A DNA stretch of 64,000 bases, taken from positions 5,836 through 69,835 of IMG/VR virus record IMGVR_UViG_3300032138_000012. One strand, given 5' to 3'. Below, in pieces: positions 62,021 through 64,000 of this stretch. The translations under genes and the position numbers were made by a program. The stretch's first letter is position 1; every line of letters starts with the position of its first letter. This DNA is from a virus. Lineage: Duplodnaviria; Caudoviricetes. The notes under the pieces were generated by a model that was not told where the DNA came from, ran no database searches, and worked only from the letters and a program-made list of their open reading frames with translations.

Positions 62021-63735
62021 TATGCCTCCAATGCCTCTATTCTTGCTATTAATTGTTGTATAACTGATATATACATAGCATCTTTTTTACCGAATTTAGA
62101 TGTTAAAGATTTATGTTCACCACTTTCATCTTCCGGAATTAAATCATAATCTAAAGTACCTTTTTCTAATTCTATTTCCCCTATCCAATAATCATCAATG
62201 GCTTGTACTTCCTGTGCGACAAATCCTCTGTTGCCACTTGCACCATTATGCTGTGATGGATTTTTCCAGTCAAATGTCCTTGGTTGAAATTGTTTAAACT
62301 TAGAAATATCATAAGTATAATTTTCAATATTTTCCTTTAGTCTTGAATCAGAGTTTGAACCAATGCTTGTATCCGTTGCCGTTAAGTCACCGTTAAGGGC
62401 AATTCTAAATCTTTCATCCCATGATATGTCATCATCCTCAGACCCAGAAGCAGCGTTCCAAAATCTCCATATTCCTCCGTAAAATCCCTGTCTTCCTGCC
62501 GCTCCTGTACCTACATATTTAGCAGTTCCGGCACTTAACCACGCATTCTGAAAAATATACGGCCCATCAAGAACACTGTAGTCATAAGAATGAATATTGC
62601 AGCCAATACCCAGTTGTATAGAACCTATACCACTAGAATAATCACTTATTTTTGTAGCTGAACCTGCTGAAGTTCCCGTCATATGCATATGAGCTTTAGT
62701 ACCGTCAATGGTAAATGCTTTAGCCGCATCCGTTGATTCTATTCTAAAGTCTAAATCGTTTGAATCCTCATTAATTACAGTTGCACCACCACCAATTGTT
62801 ATAAAATTAAAAGAACTGCCGTTCTGCATACCTTGAAGTTGCATTGTAAAATCTTCTGCTCCGGCAGAAACATCTGTCATTGTTGCTACCAGACTAAACA
62901 TATTCGCTATGGCTCCACCATCATCATCACCTTGAAAATGAATTGTACCAATAACATCACCATCTGCCGGACTAGAAGAGTCTCTTGTTAGTCTTAATAC
63001 CGGCCCAACATTAGCATCAGCATCAGTTGATTTAAGTTCAAGTGTATCACTATTAGTTGAATTTGATATAAGAAGACCAGCATTATGTTGATGAGTAAGA
63101 GTTATATCACTGTCTGCACCAAAATGAATTACAGAACTATCACTTAAAAGTTTAATGTCATCACCAAATACAGCATCTTTAGCTACAGACAGTCCGCCAT
63201 CAGTTTGAAGTGAACCATCAGTTGTGGAAGTTGCCTCGGTTGTGTCATCTGTTTTTACAATGCCACTAGCTGTTAGAGCGGCAGTTGCTGTTGCTCCTGC
63301 AACTGATAAACCTGCTGCACCCGCCAGTATTAAATCGTCAGCACTTTCATCCCAAAGCATATAAGCACTGGCTGTCGCACCGAAGAATTTTACGTCTTTT
63401 CCTGTATCATCTACACCAACCGTTACCGTACCGCTGAATGTTGTATTAGCATTTTCATCTATTGCCAGTGCCGTTGTCGTTCCCAAAGTAGAGCCAACAC
63501 CGATAACTAAGTCATCAGCAGTGTCATCTAATCCAATATGAAAGTCCTGTGCGTTGCCATCAAACAGCAATGTAGCGTCTTCCGCTCCTGCGTCACCGAT
63601 GGTGAAAGTTGGCGTAGTTCCAATCAAGGAAACGTCACCACTGATGCCACCATCCTTGATTAAAAGACCGTCAATGGTAACACCGCCCGCTGATGTTTTT
63701 TCCGATATGGTATCAACCTTAATCTCGCTTGCCAT
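62020..63735 (-). CDS. Tail fibre with S74 intramolecular chaperone
   Basis: SDSRLKENI..P..F.WK..GFVAQEV and C-terminal coiled coil QQLIARIEALEA. Confidence 0.8.
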   Translation of the reverse strand: MASEIKVDTISEKTSAGGVTIDGLLIKDGGISGDVSLIGTTPTFTIGDAGAEDATLLFDGNAQDFHIGLDDTADDLVIGVGSTLGTTTALAIDENANTTFSGTVTVGVDDTGKDVKFFGATASAYMLWDESADDLILAGAAGLSVAGATATAALTASGIVKTDDTTEATSTTDGSLQTDGGLSVAKDAVFGDDIKLLSDSSVIHFGADSDITLTHQHNAGLLISNSTNSDTLELKSTDADANVGPVLRLTRDSSSPADGDVIGTIHFQGDDDGGAIANMFSLVATMTDVSAGAEDFTMQLQGMQNGSSFNFITIGGGATVINEDSNDLDFRIESTDAAKAFTIDGTKAHMHMTGTSAGSATKISDYSSGIGSIQLGIGCNIHSYDYSVLDGPYIFQNAWLSAGTAKYVGTGAAGRQGFYGGIWRFWNAASGSEDDDISWDERFRIALNGDLTATDTSIGSNSDSRLKENIENYTYDISKFKQFQPRTFDWKNPSQHNGASGNRGFVAQEVQAIDDYWIGEIELEKGTLDYDLIPEDESGEHKSLTSKFGKKDAMYISVIQQLIARIEALEA

Positions 63736-63929
63736 TATTTTTTATCCTCCCCGTTTGGTAGATTCTTTTTTAACACTTCCGAATAGTGCTCAGAAAGTAT
63801 CCTGTTCTTTTCCAACCTGTGCATCAGGTCGTTCTTCTCGTTGAGCAAAACAGTGACGTTGTTAAGGGCGATTTTTCCCTTGGCATCCAGTTTTGTTTCA
63901 TCGTATTCCTTTTTGTCTATTGTGAACAT
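63735..63929 (-). CDS. Small tail-fibre-associated protein
   Basis: 64 aa MFTIDKKEYD, coiled coil. Confidence 0.6.
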   Translation of the reverse strand: MFTIDKKEYDETKLDAKGKIALNNVTVLLNEKNDLMHRLEKNRILSEHYSEVLKKNLPNGEDKK

Positions 63930-63937
63930 TCAGTCTC

Positions 63938-64000
63938 CTATGCGTCCTCTAATGTTTTAAGTCTTGCTTCTAGTTCCTGTATCGTTTTAACCATAATTGG
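63938..64000 (-). CDS. C-terminus of another tail fibre (partial)
   Basis: ...PIMVKTIQELEARLKTLEDA*, the typical end of an S74 chaperone domain. Confidence 0.65.
   Translation of the reverse strand, partial: PIMVKTIQELEARLKTLEDA

Noticed and set aside
58303-64000. Diversity-generating retroelement acting on tail fibres
   Set aside because: No reverse transcriptase and no near-identical TR/VR pair differing at adenines; fibre similarity is old and protein-level
1-64000. tRNA, rRNA, integrase, phage RNA polymerase, ribonucleotide reductase
   Set aside because: No supporting motifs seen by eye; the unsequenced remainder of the genome or a tRNAscan run could change this

Overview
This is a 64-kb piece of a tailed dsDNA phage, probably most of a circularly permuted genome, since both window ends fall inside the same leftward virion/tail module. 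The structural genes are podovirus-like: P22-type portal, gp10-like tail protein, ejection proteins and at least three tail fibres. The host is inferred to be a marine alphaproteobacterium (GcrA-like, zf-CHCC, SufE and ROSE-type hsp20 genes). From memory and unverified, the gene content resembles HTVC023P-type pelagiphages. Layout: head and packaging genes (1-19.2 kb, minus); a repeat-rich control region between terL and terS (19.2-21.9 kb); small regulatory and accessory genes (21.9-27.2 kb, minus); a plus-strand block of exported and membrane proteins (27.5-32.6 kb); a replication and accessory operon with AEP primase, SF1 helicase, family A DNA polymerase, a PAPS-reductase-like protein, GcrA-like and SufE (32.6-42.8 kb, minus); DenV-like glycosylase and SNF2 helicase (plus); then hsp20, exonuclease, lysozyme, ejection proteins and tail genes (44.8-64 kb, minus). 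The strongest unexplained signal is in the control region. It holds nine perfect DnaA boxes (TTATCCACA), mostly as 11-bp tandem pairs and several overlapping sigma70 promoters, interleaved with 16 co-oriented GGAGTTT repeats, a 23-bp operator-like repeat and a candidate structured RNA. The same phage encodes a GcrA-like regulator, so this may be a host cell-cycle or replication hijacking system. Other highlights: a SufE + zf-CHCC + PP-loop/Fe-S enzyme operon (possible sulfur chemistry), a ROSE-like RNA thermometer before hsp20, peptide motifs shared between unrelated virion proteins, and an extremely acidic exported protein. I saw no integrase, tRNA, CRISPR array or reverse transcriptase. All product calls are motif recognition by eye; no database searches were run.
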